Below are positions 23,001-35,393 of a stretch of 64,000 nt of DNA, in pieces. The stretch's first letter is position 1, and each line of letters starts with the position of its first letter. The notes under the pieces were generated by a model. It was not told where the DNA came from. It made no database searches and saw only the letters and a list, made by a program, of their open reading frames with translations. Location: assembly GCA_001687465.1 (NCBI GenBank), contig LVLI01000587.1, forward strand, positions 1-64,000, in the 5' to 3' direction. Origin of the DNA: Halocafeteria seosinensis (lineage: Eukaryota). The position numbers and the translations under genes are program-made.

Positions 23001-24988
23001 GGATGCTGAAGCGGAACAAGAAATACCGAGAAGACTAGTTGATCTCATTGCCAGTCAGCGTCGCTTTATGAGTGGATCTATACTAAATTCTATCTATTAT
23101 CTTCAGAATGTGTGGCGGGTTTGGATTGAGTGTTATCACTCTTTTTCGCGGAAGTTTATGTTGACGATCCAAGTCATGATGAACATCCTGTATATCCTGT
23201 TCATTTGGTTTTCTCCTGCTTTTATGTATGTAATATTTTTTTACATATTCAAGACGTCAGTGGCAGGACTAGGATTTGGCACCGACATCATAACGTTTCT
23301 GTTTCACGCCATCTACCTGTCAACGACCGCTCTTCAAATAATTTTCTCCATGTCGTCGAGACCGGAAGACATCGAACGGATCTTCTTCACGTCTACACTG
23401 ATTTACGGTGTGTTTATGTACGTCGCGTTTGGACTCTTTATCCTATCTTCCCTGCGAGGTAGTTTCACGGAACTGTTCATGTATTCCCTGGCGGTGGGGC
23501 TTGGATGCCTAATTTTCGGCGCTTTCCTTCATGGGTCCTTCATTATTATGGTAGTTACTTTCTTGCAGTACACCTTTATGTTGCCGACTTATGTCAACCT
23601 GTTTATGGTGTACTCGTTCTGCAACCTTCACGATGTGGCCCTGAGAATGCAATTCACGGAGGGGTCAATCCAGCTTTTTGCAGCTCAAGCACGAACCGAG
23701 ATGCAGGAAAACAGTAAAAACATCAAAATGTATACCGGCAAGAAGCGCCCTTCAATCATTCTGCAAGAGGCAGAAACTAAGCTGCACCAGCTGCAAAATG
23801 CAAACTGGTTTGAAAACGATAAGCCCGACCGGCCGCCCAACGTGTTGAAAAAGGAAGAAGATAACGAAAGCGTTGGCCCTTCATCGATTGTTCCTAACAC
23901 ATCTACCAATGCCGTGCACGCAAATCCTCAAGCAATTTTGGAAAGAGCTTACCAGGCAGCAGAGATGAAACGAATCGAAGAGCGGGTAAAAGAGTAAGTA
24001 GGTTTGGGTGCTTCTGTTTCCGTTAATTTTATCGCTGGTCTTCTTTTCCCGTTGCAGGTTTCAAGAAAAGATCAAAGATGTAAGGCATATTCCACTTTAA
24101 ATGTCTACCAGACAGGTGCTTGTATATATTGTTGCTTGTCGTACAGGAGAATAAACGACTTCAGTCAATACATGCCTCGTTCCGTACCAGGGTTCTTGGC
24201 ATTTGGCTATTCACCAATTGGTATGTAGGAATTCAGATGTTGGCTAAAGAGTGTTTACGATATTGAACGCGAAATCCGATCTTTGCAGGATGCTCGCAAC
24301 ACTGATCAATGGAACAGACAATATGAGACTGGGGGCAACTACCCTTATCTCGATAATAGTGGTAGTGCTCGTTCTACGCATAATTGGCTCCACGCTTTAC
24401 AAGATTGACGTAGTGACGAGAAACTTGTGGACGTACCTGTTCGCCTGGTGGTGCTGCAGATGCCCTTGGGAAACGCGGAAAGTGCTTTCCTTAAAACGAT
24501 TCCGTCGACAAGTGGACACAGGTCATACACCTCAAATGGAAATTGACACGACGGACATAGATGACGCTGCCAGTGACGATAGTGATAGACAGTACCAGGG
24601 TCATACGTTCTTCTCATTTCGAGGCTACCCCGAAGTTGACACTGAAGATTACCCTGAGGAAGATGATGGCGACATTGAAGAAGGATCTGCCTCCACAACG
24701 GAGCGCTCCACGCAGGACATGCCCACCGAAGGAAACGTAGATGTCCAAGTCGATACTGGAGACCTGTCGGACTTGGTCGATGCTGAAATGCCCCCAACGT
24801 CACCAAGGCGAGGTTCCGCTCCTGGATGGGCAACAGCGAGAGAGGACTACGGACAGGATGAAGATGTCGATAGCGAGAGTACTTATTCAGGTGACTCCAT
24901 TGGGCAATTGCTTGAAGAAGCACAAGAGGTAGTTGATCATGCGACCGAAACGTTAGATGCTCGTCAAGTCTCCAACGACCGGTACTAG
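17049..24988 (+). CDS. Tandem double chitin synthase (GT2, fungal/oomycete division-1 type): active module plus degenerate module, ~2326 aa, 15 exons
   Basis: Exons: 17049-18885, 18978-18984, 19047-19394, 19460-19484, 19558-19744, 19811-19881, 19959-20034, 20094-20391, 20458-20553, 20612-21990, 22058-22157, 22233-23993, 24058-24079, 24147-24220, 24289-24988. All are GT-AG and phase-compatible; the total is 6981 nt. Module 1 has TMYNE, DGR, KEKNGGKLNSH, DVGT, VLPGAFSAFR, LAEDRILC, QRRRW and SWGTK. Confidence 0.88.
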
Positions 24989-25222
24989 CTTATCGTAGCA
25001 CACTAGGGCTACACGGCAAGTCTTCACGGGGAATTAGAGAATGAATAAATCTCTATAGCGCAAACACGTAGTTTACTCCTCGACGTTGACAACTAGTCGG
25101 GAATATTGTAGACTGCAAGCCCACCCTGAATGGACAAAAGCGTTTCAAGACCTACTTAACTCCCGTAAGAATGTGCAAAAAGTTCGAACTTTTTTATCCT
25201 ATATTAGTAAACCATTTCATTC

Positions 25223-26053
25223 CTAGCAGCACGCCAGACAGCAGAAAGTTCTTCCCCTGCTGCCATCCTCCCACGCTCCGTCAGGATCTGCATTTCCAAG
25301 TATGTAGGATCAGAAAGGTGACTATTTTAAGCAAAGGATTAACCTACCATCTCGAATACGATCGAAGTAGTTGATAATTTCGGCTTTCCCACGCTGTACT
25401 TCTTCATTGCCTCCCTCAAGTCCCTGCATGGCAACATCTCGTGGAGTCCGCCCTTCCTGCGCAGGGCCTCCAAGTGAAAAAGGACAAAACACGTAAAAGA
25501 TGAGCACATCCGATCGACTTTAGGTAACTTACATCATCCTTGACTTCTACATCTGAGAGGGCACCATAGTCTTCAATAAACAGTCGAACACATTTCAGAC
25601 TTCCGACTTGGCAGGCCAAATGCAAAGGAGTCATCTTCAGCTGCGCAGGAACGAACGAATCCAAAGTAATGGGAATAACTTATTCCAAGCGCTCATCTCA
25701 AACAAACTTACGATTGTAGTCTTTTGATGCACATCAGCTCCGAATTCACTTTATAATGCCTCAGCGATTTTATCGTAGCCAAACATTGCAGCGGAATGCA
25801 ACGTTGCTTTCCCATCCTGGGAATCGTAGACAGTGAACGATTGATACGCGGTAGAATCCAGCTACCACTGCCTCTTGACAAAAGAAAAGGGACTTACCAA
25901 CCCGAATCGGATTGAATTACATGCTCCATTGGGGTATTTCTTGAGAATCTGCCGAAGTCGTATGACATCAGGTTTTTCCGTTACGACACGCTGGAGGGCA
26001 TCTTGATCCACCTGAGAAATCGAACAAAAATTGACAGCATCCGCATCCGCCAT
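25223..26053 (-). CDS. Small multi-exon ankyrin-repeat protein ending FCCLACC; contains an in-frame TAA (possible pseudogene)
   Basis: Exons encode DGKATLHSAAMFGYDKIAEAL*SEFGADVH, MTPLHLACQVGSLKCVRLFIEDYGA and EGRTPRDVA. The stop is at 25751-25753. The last exon is PDGAWEDGSRGRTFCCLACC*. Confidence 0.7.
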
Positions 26054-27062
26054 TTTCCTCGGATTGCGCAGCGAAAAAAAAAGTGGTATAGCAATAAAGT
26101 TAGCAGGATAACCGGGATTTTGCACGTCAAAAAGTCGCACCGGATACCAGGACCTTTGCGGGATTGCGTTTAGAGCAAACTTGTGCCACTGCCTGCACCA
26201 CTACCGCTGGAAAACCCACTGAAGCAACAATCCTCTTCGTCTGTACGTTCTATAGTTGGTGAATGGGAGCAAGCATCCCCAGTAACCATACTTGTGAAGT
26301 TGCGATCTCTTTCCGCCGGAAAGTTTCCGCTGGGAAGCCCAGTGCCACTGAGTGTGGTAATAGCGGACGGTAATCCGGCGAAAGAAGGATAGCACTTGCT
26401 GAGATCCGCAAGTAAAAATGCGTAGACCATGTTTCGACATTTCTGTGGTTTTTATAGTATGTAGTTGATGAACGAGGATGTATTTCAGAATTCCCTGCAG
26501 AATTCCCGGTATTGCCGATATGAACAAACTAATGAGTTAGCTTAACACGTCGCATGCATGCATATCCATATAGCGTAGATATCAAATCGTATGTGAGTGC
26601 CTGTTCTCTACTGTGGTCTTTCTGAAACAATACCGTCATTGAACTTCCGAATCGCTTCTATACCGTAGACTACAACCACGTACAGTAAGTGCGTGTAGGA
26701 ATTATTTCGCGCGTAATCCGTGCATAATCCAATGACATCAAGCAATGCAATACGAATCCTTTTATCCAAAAAACTTACTTACTTTGTACCCACCGCATCC
26801 ATTCACCGTTGCTTGAAGTTGCCTGGCAATCTCCTTCCGGCCAAAGGAAGTTCCTCGGGGTGGTGTTATTACCTTCACAAACAATTCTGTAAGACAGTGT
26901 AAGAACTTTAGGAATTGTAGGGATCCATAAGCCTTAGAATTCTCTTTTTTTTTTTTTCGCGTTCGGTCGGTGTCGATTCTTTTTTCATATGGATCCGTAA
27001 ATCGCTTAACCTGCGAATGTAGACTGTGAGTGGATGCATGGAGGCGGTGCATCATCATCATC

Positions 27063-30000
27063 ATGGATCAGTACTGCGGCGGAGGAACGCAGTGGCGATA
27101 TATTACAATAGCCCTTCGCAACGCAGCCACGGGCTCCTCAGAGACCAGTACTGAATATTACCGTTACGGAGGGAAGGAATCTGTGGGACATATAGAAGGC
27201 AATGCATTACACCAGCCTCAGGAGAGCGATGGAGACCCAGGGGCTGTCATTGACGCTTGCGCCGGTCTGACATTGATACAAGCCAGTGCCATCGTGCATT
27301 TCTTGTTCATTCTTCAGGTGTTGGTTGCATGGTCTCTGTGGCCGATATGCAAGCGCAAATACTCTGGGGTTGTGTCCTGGTGCTCCTATCGCCGACCCAG
27401 GATGTCAACGCGGCGGGGGTCGTTCGACGACGATGAGGAATACGCACGACTGAAGGAGGAATTACAATCGTCATACAGTCCGCGGGGATCCATTCAGCTC
27501 CATGAACGAGGCACGATCGATTTCGAAGAAGGCAGTGAGGAGGACTCTATCCCACGGCATTTGAGTTACGAATTCCAGGAACCCAACTACACTTCCTCGC
27601 CCCACGAAGGACCGAGAGCGACACTCTCCTCCATCGGAGAAAGCACACACGAGGAAGAGGAAAGTACGGATGAGTATAGCAAAACTGCTAATTCTGTAGA
27701 AAGTCCGGGATTGCGCATACAGCTTCCCGATGCAGCTTCTAGCAAGTCCACGGCGTCGACTGGGTCAGCAAAAGGCAATGTCAAAGTAGATGCAGCTGGG
27801 AACACTGGAGCAAGTGATAGAGCTGGGTTTGTGAGTTTTTTAGCCATGTCATTAGGTTATGGCCTTTGGGCCGTCATCGGCATATTAGGGATGACGACTG
27901 CTAGTAATTCTTCGCTGCAAGGGGAAAGTAAAGGGGTTCACACTGCATCGACAAACCAGGTTCCTTTTCTTATGAGCTACTATGGTACTTCGTTCGGAGG
28001 AGGAATCTTGGGCATATGTGGGCTCATCGTATGTGCGCGCGAAGGGACAACAAAACCTGTTCAGGGGTTCCTCTTCAAGGCAAGTTTCGTCTTGCCATGC
28101 CTGTTTTTCGCAATGTACCTCCATCGGCTAGGTGAATTATCTCATGGTTATACCGTCGCTCAAGGGGGAGTAGTAATAGGCAAGCAAGATACAGAGCACT
28201 CTTGGGCTCTGTCGACAACTTATTGTTTTATTTGCATGGCGCTCTTGGCAACCGAAACCAGTAGATTCATTGGAAAGTCGCGGCAGAACGATCCGCATTG
28301 GACGTACACATATTCGGAATGGATTACCTTTTCCTGGCTGAGCCGCCTTATAAATATAGGTGAACAGCGACAGTTGGAGGAGCGAGATTTAGATCCACTG
28401 CCAGATCCAGAAGCTACAGTGCCGTGCGCCCGCCGCTTCGAGAACGAGGTCTTCAGGTTACGTTCCACTCTCCGTGACAATGCCTCCATTACCCACGTTA
28501 TTTGGAACCTATACTCATGGCCATGGTTGGCTCTCGGTCTCTTGCAGCTCCTTAATGCTGCATCTAGCTTCGCTGGACCACTGCTTATAAAGGAGTTGTT
28601 ACAGTTCCTACAAAGCTATCCGGGAACACCTCTTGAAGGAAAAGGACAAAGCAGTAACGGAAAATGTGCATTCGCTAACGCTAGCAACAGTCCATGGATA
28701 GCACTCATGGTAGGAATCGCGATGTGTCTCAATGCCGTCGTCTCGGCTGTGAGCCAAACTCAGTTCGGATATAATGTTGCTAAGCTTCAGACACGGGTGA
28801 GAGCTGGTCTATTGAATACCATCTTCAAAGTTGGGCTAACTATGTCTCGTTTCGATTGGCATTATCTATCTCGTTTGGAGTCGGTAGATGATGGCTCGTC
28901 ATATTCGAAGCAAGACGAGCATAGTTGCGCACATTGCGGTAGCGTTTCGGGTACATTGGTAAATTTGTTAAGCGTTGATACGCAGAAAGTTCTTACTGCT
29001 CTGTCTTCGCTGCATCAGCTTTGGTCACTCCCCGTGCAAGTTGTCGTGACGTTATATTTACTTTGGCTTCAGGTATCGTGGGCGTTCTTTGCAGGACTAG
29101 GTGTGTTAGTCATCTTCTTACCAATCAATCTTTTTGTAAGTAAGCGCATCGGAGATTTGACTCGGGAAATGATGGAATTCCGGGATGAGCGTCTTAGGGT
29201 ATGCGAAGATGCCCTTAAGAATATGAGCCTGATAAAGATGCAAAGAGTAAGTATAACGCTCTGATACAACAATGAAAGGCGTATCGATCACTGTTCTCTT
29301 GTCCCAAGTTTGCAGTTGGAAGTTCATTTCAATCAGCGTATTAAGGCAATACGTGAACAGGAGGTTTCCAAACTAAAAGCCAGAAAATATTGGGACGCCC
29401 TGTGTGTCTATTTATGGGCAGCTACTCCGGTACTTGTATCCCTTGCAACTTTTGCGTCCGCAGCACTTAGCGGGCACATGCGGACCTACGACGATTCATC
29501 CGCAGACAAAAACCTTACCACTGCCGAGGTTTTTACTTCTCTTTCTTTACTGCAAATGCTGATTGTTCCCATGAATGCGTTTCCATGGGTGATCACTGGA
29601 ATAATGGAAGCTCGAGTCAGCGTCAAGCGCTTCAATCGCATCTTATTTCATGCAAACGTTCTAGATATTCTCTTAGGGGAGTCCAAAGGGCAGTTGTCCC
29701 AGGAACACTTAGTGGTACCCTGGTCCAGCATTGTGTGGCCAAGCGAGGCCGCAACCATACATTCCGATTCAATGGATCACAATCCTAGCTTTGTACTCTC
29801 GATTCCTCAACAGATCACACTCAATACTGGTGAGCTTGTGGTAGTGGTAGGCCGAGTTGGCGCCGGGAAGACTGCTTTTCTGAGAAGCCTTTTCGCGGAT
29901 ATGCTAAAGGCTAACAGCAATGAGAGCTCTTTTGTCTCCTTTGCGAGCTATGCACCTCAGCGTCCATGGATTCGCGAGGACTCTGTCTACAGGAACATAA

Positions 30001-32660
30001 CCTGCTGTGGACCCCATCTGCAGCATGAAGCTAATTACTTTCGAGATGAACGTTATGGGTTTGTCAAATTCTGTACCGCCTTGGAAGAAGACATTGAGGA
30101 AATGCCTTTCCTGGATCGGACCAATGTAGGAGAGAAAGGAAGCACACTATCTGGTGGACAGCAGCAACGCATTGGGATTGCGAGGGCACTATACAGCTCT
30201 TGTTCAGTCCTGATTTTGGACGACCCGCTTTCAGCGCTAGATGCCTTCGTTAAGGCACAGGTGCGAGATCATGCTATTCTAGGAATTGACACCGAGGAGT
30301 TCGCTGGGTTGTCAGCGAACAAAAAAGGCTCTCTGGTCAGAAATCGAACAAGAATCGTTGCAACTCATGAAGAGAGCGTCATTCAGCGCTGTGATAAGAT
30401 TATCGGTCTCGAAAAAGGTACTCTTATCTTCACCGGCACAAGGAAAGATTTCTTTGATGAAATAGAGTCTTCAGATTTGGCATCTCGGCTAGGAATCAAG
30501 TCCGAGAAACTATTCCAACCGGTTACAAAGGAGTTCAGCGGAAAGAGTCCTATCAACGTACGTGACAAAGTTAATGGTGACACCGCCCCCACTTTCCTCG
30601 AAGAGGAGGAAGAAGACGCTGAGGAATTTCGAGAAGCGGGACATATTTCACTGCATGTTCTTGGCGTCTACATACGAGCGATGGGGCGAATAGTAGTTGT
30701 ATCACTTTTATTGTTTTTATTTTTAATGCAAGTCACGCGTAACGGAAGTGATTACTGGTTATCTCAGTGGTCTGACGCGCTTCCATCTGAAACGGACAAT
30801 TCCAACGGCGGATCTGCCCAGCATAGTAACAGACCGTGGGTTCGGCACCAGTGGTCTTCAACACAGTTTCTTCATGTATACATTGCCATTGCAGTATTCA
30901 ATACTGTATTTACAGTTGGTAGATCCTGGCTCTTTGCTTACGGAGGTGTGCAGGGCGCGCAAAAGATGCACAATCAGTTGTTGGAAAGCGTGCTGGTTGC
31001 AAAGATGCAGTTTTTTCAGAAGAATCCCGTGGGACGAATACTCAACAGGTTTAGCAGCGATCAGCTTAATGTGGATGAAACCCTTCCATTCCAGGCGAAC
31101 ATCTTGCTTGCCCAGCTATTTGGCTTACTCGGGACTTGCGCCGTCATTTTGTACGCGTCAACGGGCTGGCTTTTTTTGGCCGTTTTACCAATAGGATTTC
31201 TTTACTGGAGAACTCAAAAGCGATACAGATTCACATCACGTGAATTACGTCGCTTGGAATCCATACTAAGGTCTCCATTGTATTCTCATTTCGGAGACTG
31301 TCTTTCCGAAGAGGGATCGGCTGTGATTCGTGCCGGTGGGCCATCCCAAGTTAACCGAGAAGCTGACAAGCTGTTGGAGCTAATAGATAGAAGTCAGCGA
31401 GCGTGGTTTGCGACAAATGCAGCGGTCCAATGGCTAAGCTTTCGTCTCCAGTGCATTGGGGTACTTGCCATTTCTTTCGTGGCAGGGTTTGCTGTATTTA
31501 GGAGACTATACCGAGTCGATGCTGGGGATGCTGATTCATCCAGCACAAACACGGAGGCAGGGGCAGCAGGTTTGGCTCTTAGTTACGCTCTCCCTATTGT
31601 AGATTCTCTACAGGGGATATTAAACTCGTTTGCTGAAACCGAGAAGGAGATGGTTAGTGTCGAGCGGCAAAGCGAGTACATCAAGGATGCAAAACCTGAA
31701 CAGGACCCTACCGTTCTCTTTGGCCATGAGGATAACCGTTGCTGCGATTGTCACCTCACTATGTCTCCGCGTACGAACAGCCGACGCATGTCCTGGAGTC
31801 AGACGGGAGATAGTCTCGCATCGCCGCTGCTGGAACACGAGGATAATGTTTCGGATAGCTCAGTGAAACGCTCGCTGTTAAGTGTACGTGGGCTGTACGT
31901 GCGATATAAGGATCCAATGGAAACGGAGGTTCGTGGGGTAAAGGGTAATCTTGCGTGGGTACTGAAAGGAATTTCATTCGATGCTGAGCGAGGGGAACAC
32001 ATAGGCATTTGTGGGAGAACGGGTAGTGGTAAGAGTACCATATTTTCGACTTTGTTTCGCCTCGTTGAACACAGCCATGGACATGTATTTATTGAAGGTC
32101 AAGATATTTCAGAACTGTCCTTGTCTTCTCTACGTTCAAAAATATCGATAATCCCCCAAGAGCCGTTGCTCTTTGAAGGAACGGTTGGAGACAATTTAGA
32201 CCCGGAACATTCCTTACCCACAAATGACCTCCAAGTTGCACTCGAAAAATGCAAAATCTTAAAGAACTCCAAAAACGAGGAAGGTATCGGCAAATTCAGC
32301 CTCGACGATTATATAGCGTCTTCTGGGAGCAATTTGAGCATGGGCCTCCGACAACTCATGTGTCTTGCTCGCTGTATCTTGCAACAGCAGAGCTTGGTGT
32401 GCATCGACGAAGCGACAGCCAGCGTGGATAGCCGCACTGCTACGCACATGAATGGCATCATTCGTTCCGTTTTCAAGAAGAGCGGGGCCACTGTTATAGT
32501 AATAGCACACCGCCCAGAGTCCTTATTTCAATGCGACCGTCTTCTGGTTATGGAAGGCGGAAAAATAATTGAAACTGGTGCTCCGGAATCTCTTAGCAGA
32601 GATACGGCCTCCGCCTTCTACCACATGTACGGGCGAAGCCATGGGGTGAGCTCCTCATAA
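27063..32660 (+). CDS. ABC transporter subfamily C (MRP/ABCC10-like), full-size, 2 exons
   Basis: Exons 27063-29246 and 29316-32660. The N-terminus is MDQYCG..W and there is an ITFSWL linker. NBD1 has GRVGAGKT/LSGGQQQR/ILDD; NBD2 has GRTGSGKS/LSMGLRQ/IDEATASVD; NPVGRILNRFSSD is present. Confidence 0.92.
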
Positions 32661-32706
32661 CTATAAATACACACACACACATGGATGAAAAAGAACAATT
32701 GTTCGG

Positions 32707-34488
32707 CTACATGGCGCCTTCCTTTAGCACTCTCCGTATCCGCGCTTGCTTGCCTGAATAAAGATCCAAAGCATATTTGCCTCCCTGCAGATAATGAACA
32801 GGATCTCGTCGACTGGCACTAAGATTGTATACGCACACGAAATGCACGAACCTCTGTCGCAATATGAACATCGGCACCATTCAAGGCAAGTAGAACAATG
32901 GTGTCGTCTGCGCCAGACTCCGCCGCTTTATGCAACGGCGTGACACCAGCCTGCAAACAGAGTATAACGTGCAAACGCAATGACCTCTTCAACCAAAGCA
33001 CAAGGAAACTTACATCAGAAACTACATTAGGATTCGCTCCATGCTCTAGAAGCCGCTTGACCATGTGAGGCTGCTCCATTCCCTGCTTCTTGTTTGCTGC
33101 CACGTGTAAAGCAGTTTCTCCACACTGTAAATTGTAAATGATACGAAGCACCAAGAGCAATTAGCACCCACAACCGCAAAATCGAATACCTTTCGACTTT
33201 ACATACATTCGTTCTAGCATCGATCTCAACACCAGCTCGTATCAGTTCCAATGAAACTTCATTCGCGTCCATGAACGACCTTGCGGCACAATGCAAAAGA
33301 GTCGAGCCATCCTGTATTTGGGCAGTATAGGATGAAGCATGCACTCTATAGAAGATCTCCATGAAGTTGTTAAAGGAACCTACACTTGCACGCACGGCGG
33401 AACTAGCCCCGAGTTGTAGTAGTTCCTTGATGGTGCCCAAGGCACAACCATAGGCGGCTGCATGTAATGGCGTGAAACCAAACTGCAAGTCACGGCAATA
33501 TAGCAACGCGATTTAAGCAAAATACATGTAGAAGAAACGTGGGGCAGTCTAACAAATCAACACCTACAGGATTTCGCATGTTCGGATCGCACTTATGTTT
33601 TGTGATGAACTCCCGTGTTTGCTCCACTTGATTACACATCGCAGCTTCATGCAGAGCCGAGAGTTGCAATTCCTGCAAGAGGTGGAAGATATCAAGTGTA
33701 CTTGTATGCACAGATGTATACACAAGGGGAAATGATACTTACCCCACCAAATTTTTTCATGGGAGCGCCTCTTTCGATTAAGTAGTCCACGATCTCCCGG
33801 TTACCACCGCATGCAGCACATTGTAGTGCCGACTGCCACAGATTTCAAATAAGCACACACAGCACAAAACCATCGCTTTGTTTCTTTCAGGACAATTCGT
33901 GCCATGACCAATAGGACGTACTTCTGACGAGCTACTGCACTCTGGAGGTCCTTGAATGTCGGCGTTGTATTGCTCAATCAGCATTCGGACGACATCGAAG
34001 CGGCCCTGGAGCGAAGCCTCCTCCAGTGGGGACCTTCCATATTCACCCATGATATAGAAAATATCACCCTGTACAAGGCAATTGAATCATACATGTGTGC
34101 GGTGTAACCGTCACGTAAACCATTTCCAACAACTCTTTTATTTTTTTTATTTTTTCTCACGGGGAGGGGCAACCGCACTTACTTTGCTCCTCTGATGAAT
34201 CACGTTGGCGGCTCCGTGGCGGTCAATAAACCTCTTTATCGTCTTCAAATCTGCTCTTTTCTTGGCAATGAGCTCCATTAAGTCCTCCACGCGGTCCTCA
34301 CAGCCAGGGCCATTTTTCTTCGGACAACCATGAGTGTTGTCGGGAGACGATCCTCCATCCACATCCTGAGGCATGGATGGATCTGAGGCGTCTATATGCT
34401 GTTTACAGCTGCATAAAGCTATCAAAGAGGAGGGTTTTTGACCGGAAATCGGCTCCTCTGGCCGCGTTCGACCCTGATTATTGCCCAT
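32707..34488 (-). CDS. Multi-exon ankyrin-repeat protein with a putative N-myristoylation start (MGNNQG)
   Basis: Successive exons read YGRSPLEEAS, LSALHEAAM, GFTPLHAAAYG, GSTLLHCAA, GETALHVAA and GVTPLHKAA, roughly one repeat per exon. The final exon ends KEGAM* at 32707. Confidence 0.85.
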
Positions 34489-34820
34489 TTTAGCTCCTTC
34501 CCGCCGGCCAAACTAACGTAGTCTAGTCTCTGGAACCACGTGCAAGTGATAGAAAGAGGATTTAAGCTGTATAAAGTGCTCAAAATGGAGAGTTTATACG
34601 CAAGAAACCCTCTTCTTCACAAACCGCCAAAGAGAGGAGGTCGATTTCTTGGCTCCATACAATTACGCAAAACACCATCATCCACTAAAAATAGCATACT
34701 CTGATCAAACCACATCTGCACCATGGTAATATATACGCCAGAAACCAAGCAAATCCAAAAAAAAATTCAGCCAACTTCAACTTGCGTCATCCATGGGAGC
34801 AAAGGCCTCCCCTACGGAGT

Positions 34821-35393
34821 CCCCTTGCAGGAAACTACAAAAAAGGTCAGCTGACAAGGGTGAGTCATCTGACGAGTGACTCACTCGTCCAACACTTGCG
34901 ATAGATACTGTACCTTGTGGTGGTGAAAAAAAGTTCGATGAAGATTTTTAACGAGTAAGATGATGAAATTATTCAGGATTGGTTTTGTCTCTGTCGGGCG
35001 GGTTGTCTACGAATAGCAATGAAAATGCTCCATGTAATTCTGCTACAACTTGGGTTTGGGTTTGAATTGTAAATGTGGAAATGCAGTGGAACGGGAACCA
35101 CTGCTGTGCGGCTATCAGAGTTTATTTAGATGTAGGAGCAATTTTAGTGCACACCGGCCTAAGTATGTAGTCAGCGTTGCGTATGACGCCGTCACCGCAC
35201 ATGGTTCTTTCTGTGTGACACCAGAGAGACTGGAACGTCGTACCTACCAAGTCTATACCTGTGTATTGGTATTGCTTCTACCGGAAGTCTATACTACACT
35301 ACTGCTGGTGAGTGGTACCTGTACTACTCCTTGATCATGAGCCAGCCCCCTTGCAGGAAATTGAAAAAGGTCAGCTGACGACTGAGTCATCGG
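34821..35393 (+). repeat. Duplicated ~50-bp motif with palindromic cores in an intergenic region
   Basis: ccccttgcaggaaa....aaaaaggtcagctgac...tgagtcatc.ga at 34821-34872 and 35347-35393; hairpin gacgagtgactcactcgtc at 34871-34889. Confidence 0.75.

Noticed and set aside
15307..25753. Stop-codon reassignment suggested by lone in-frame TAA at 15307 and 25751
   Set aside because: The long intact genes contain no internal TAA or TAG over thousands of codons, and TAA ends the ABCC and 43814 genes. Sporadic mutation or sequencing error is simpler.
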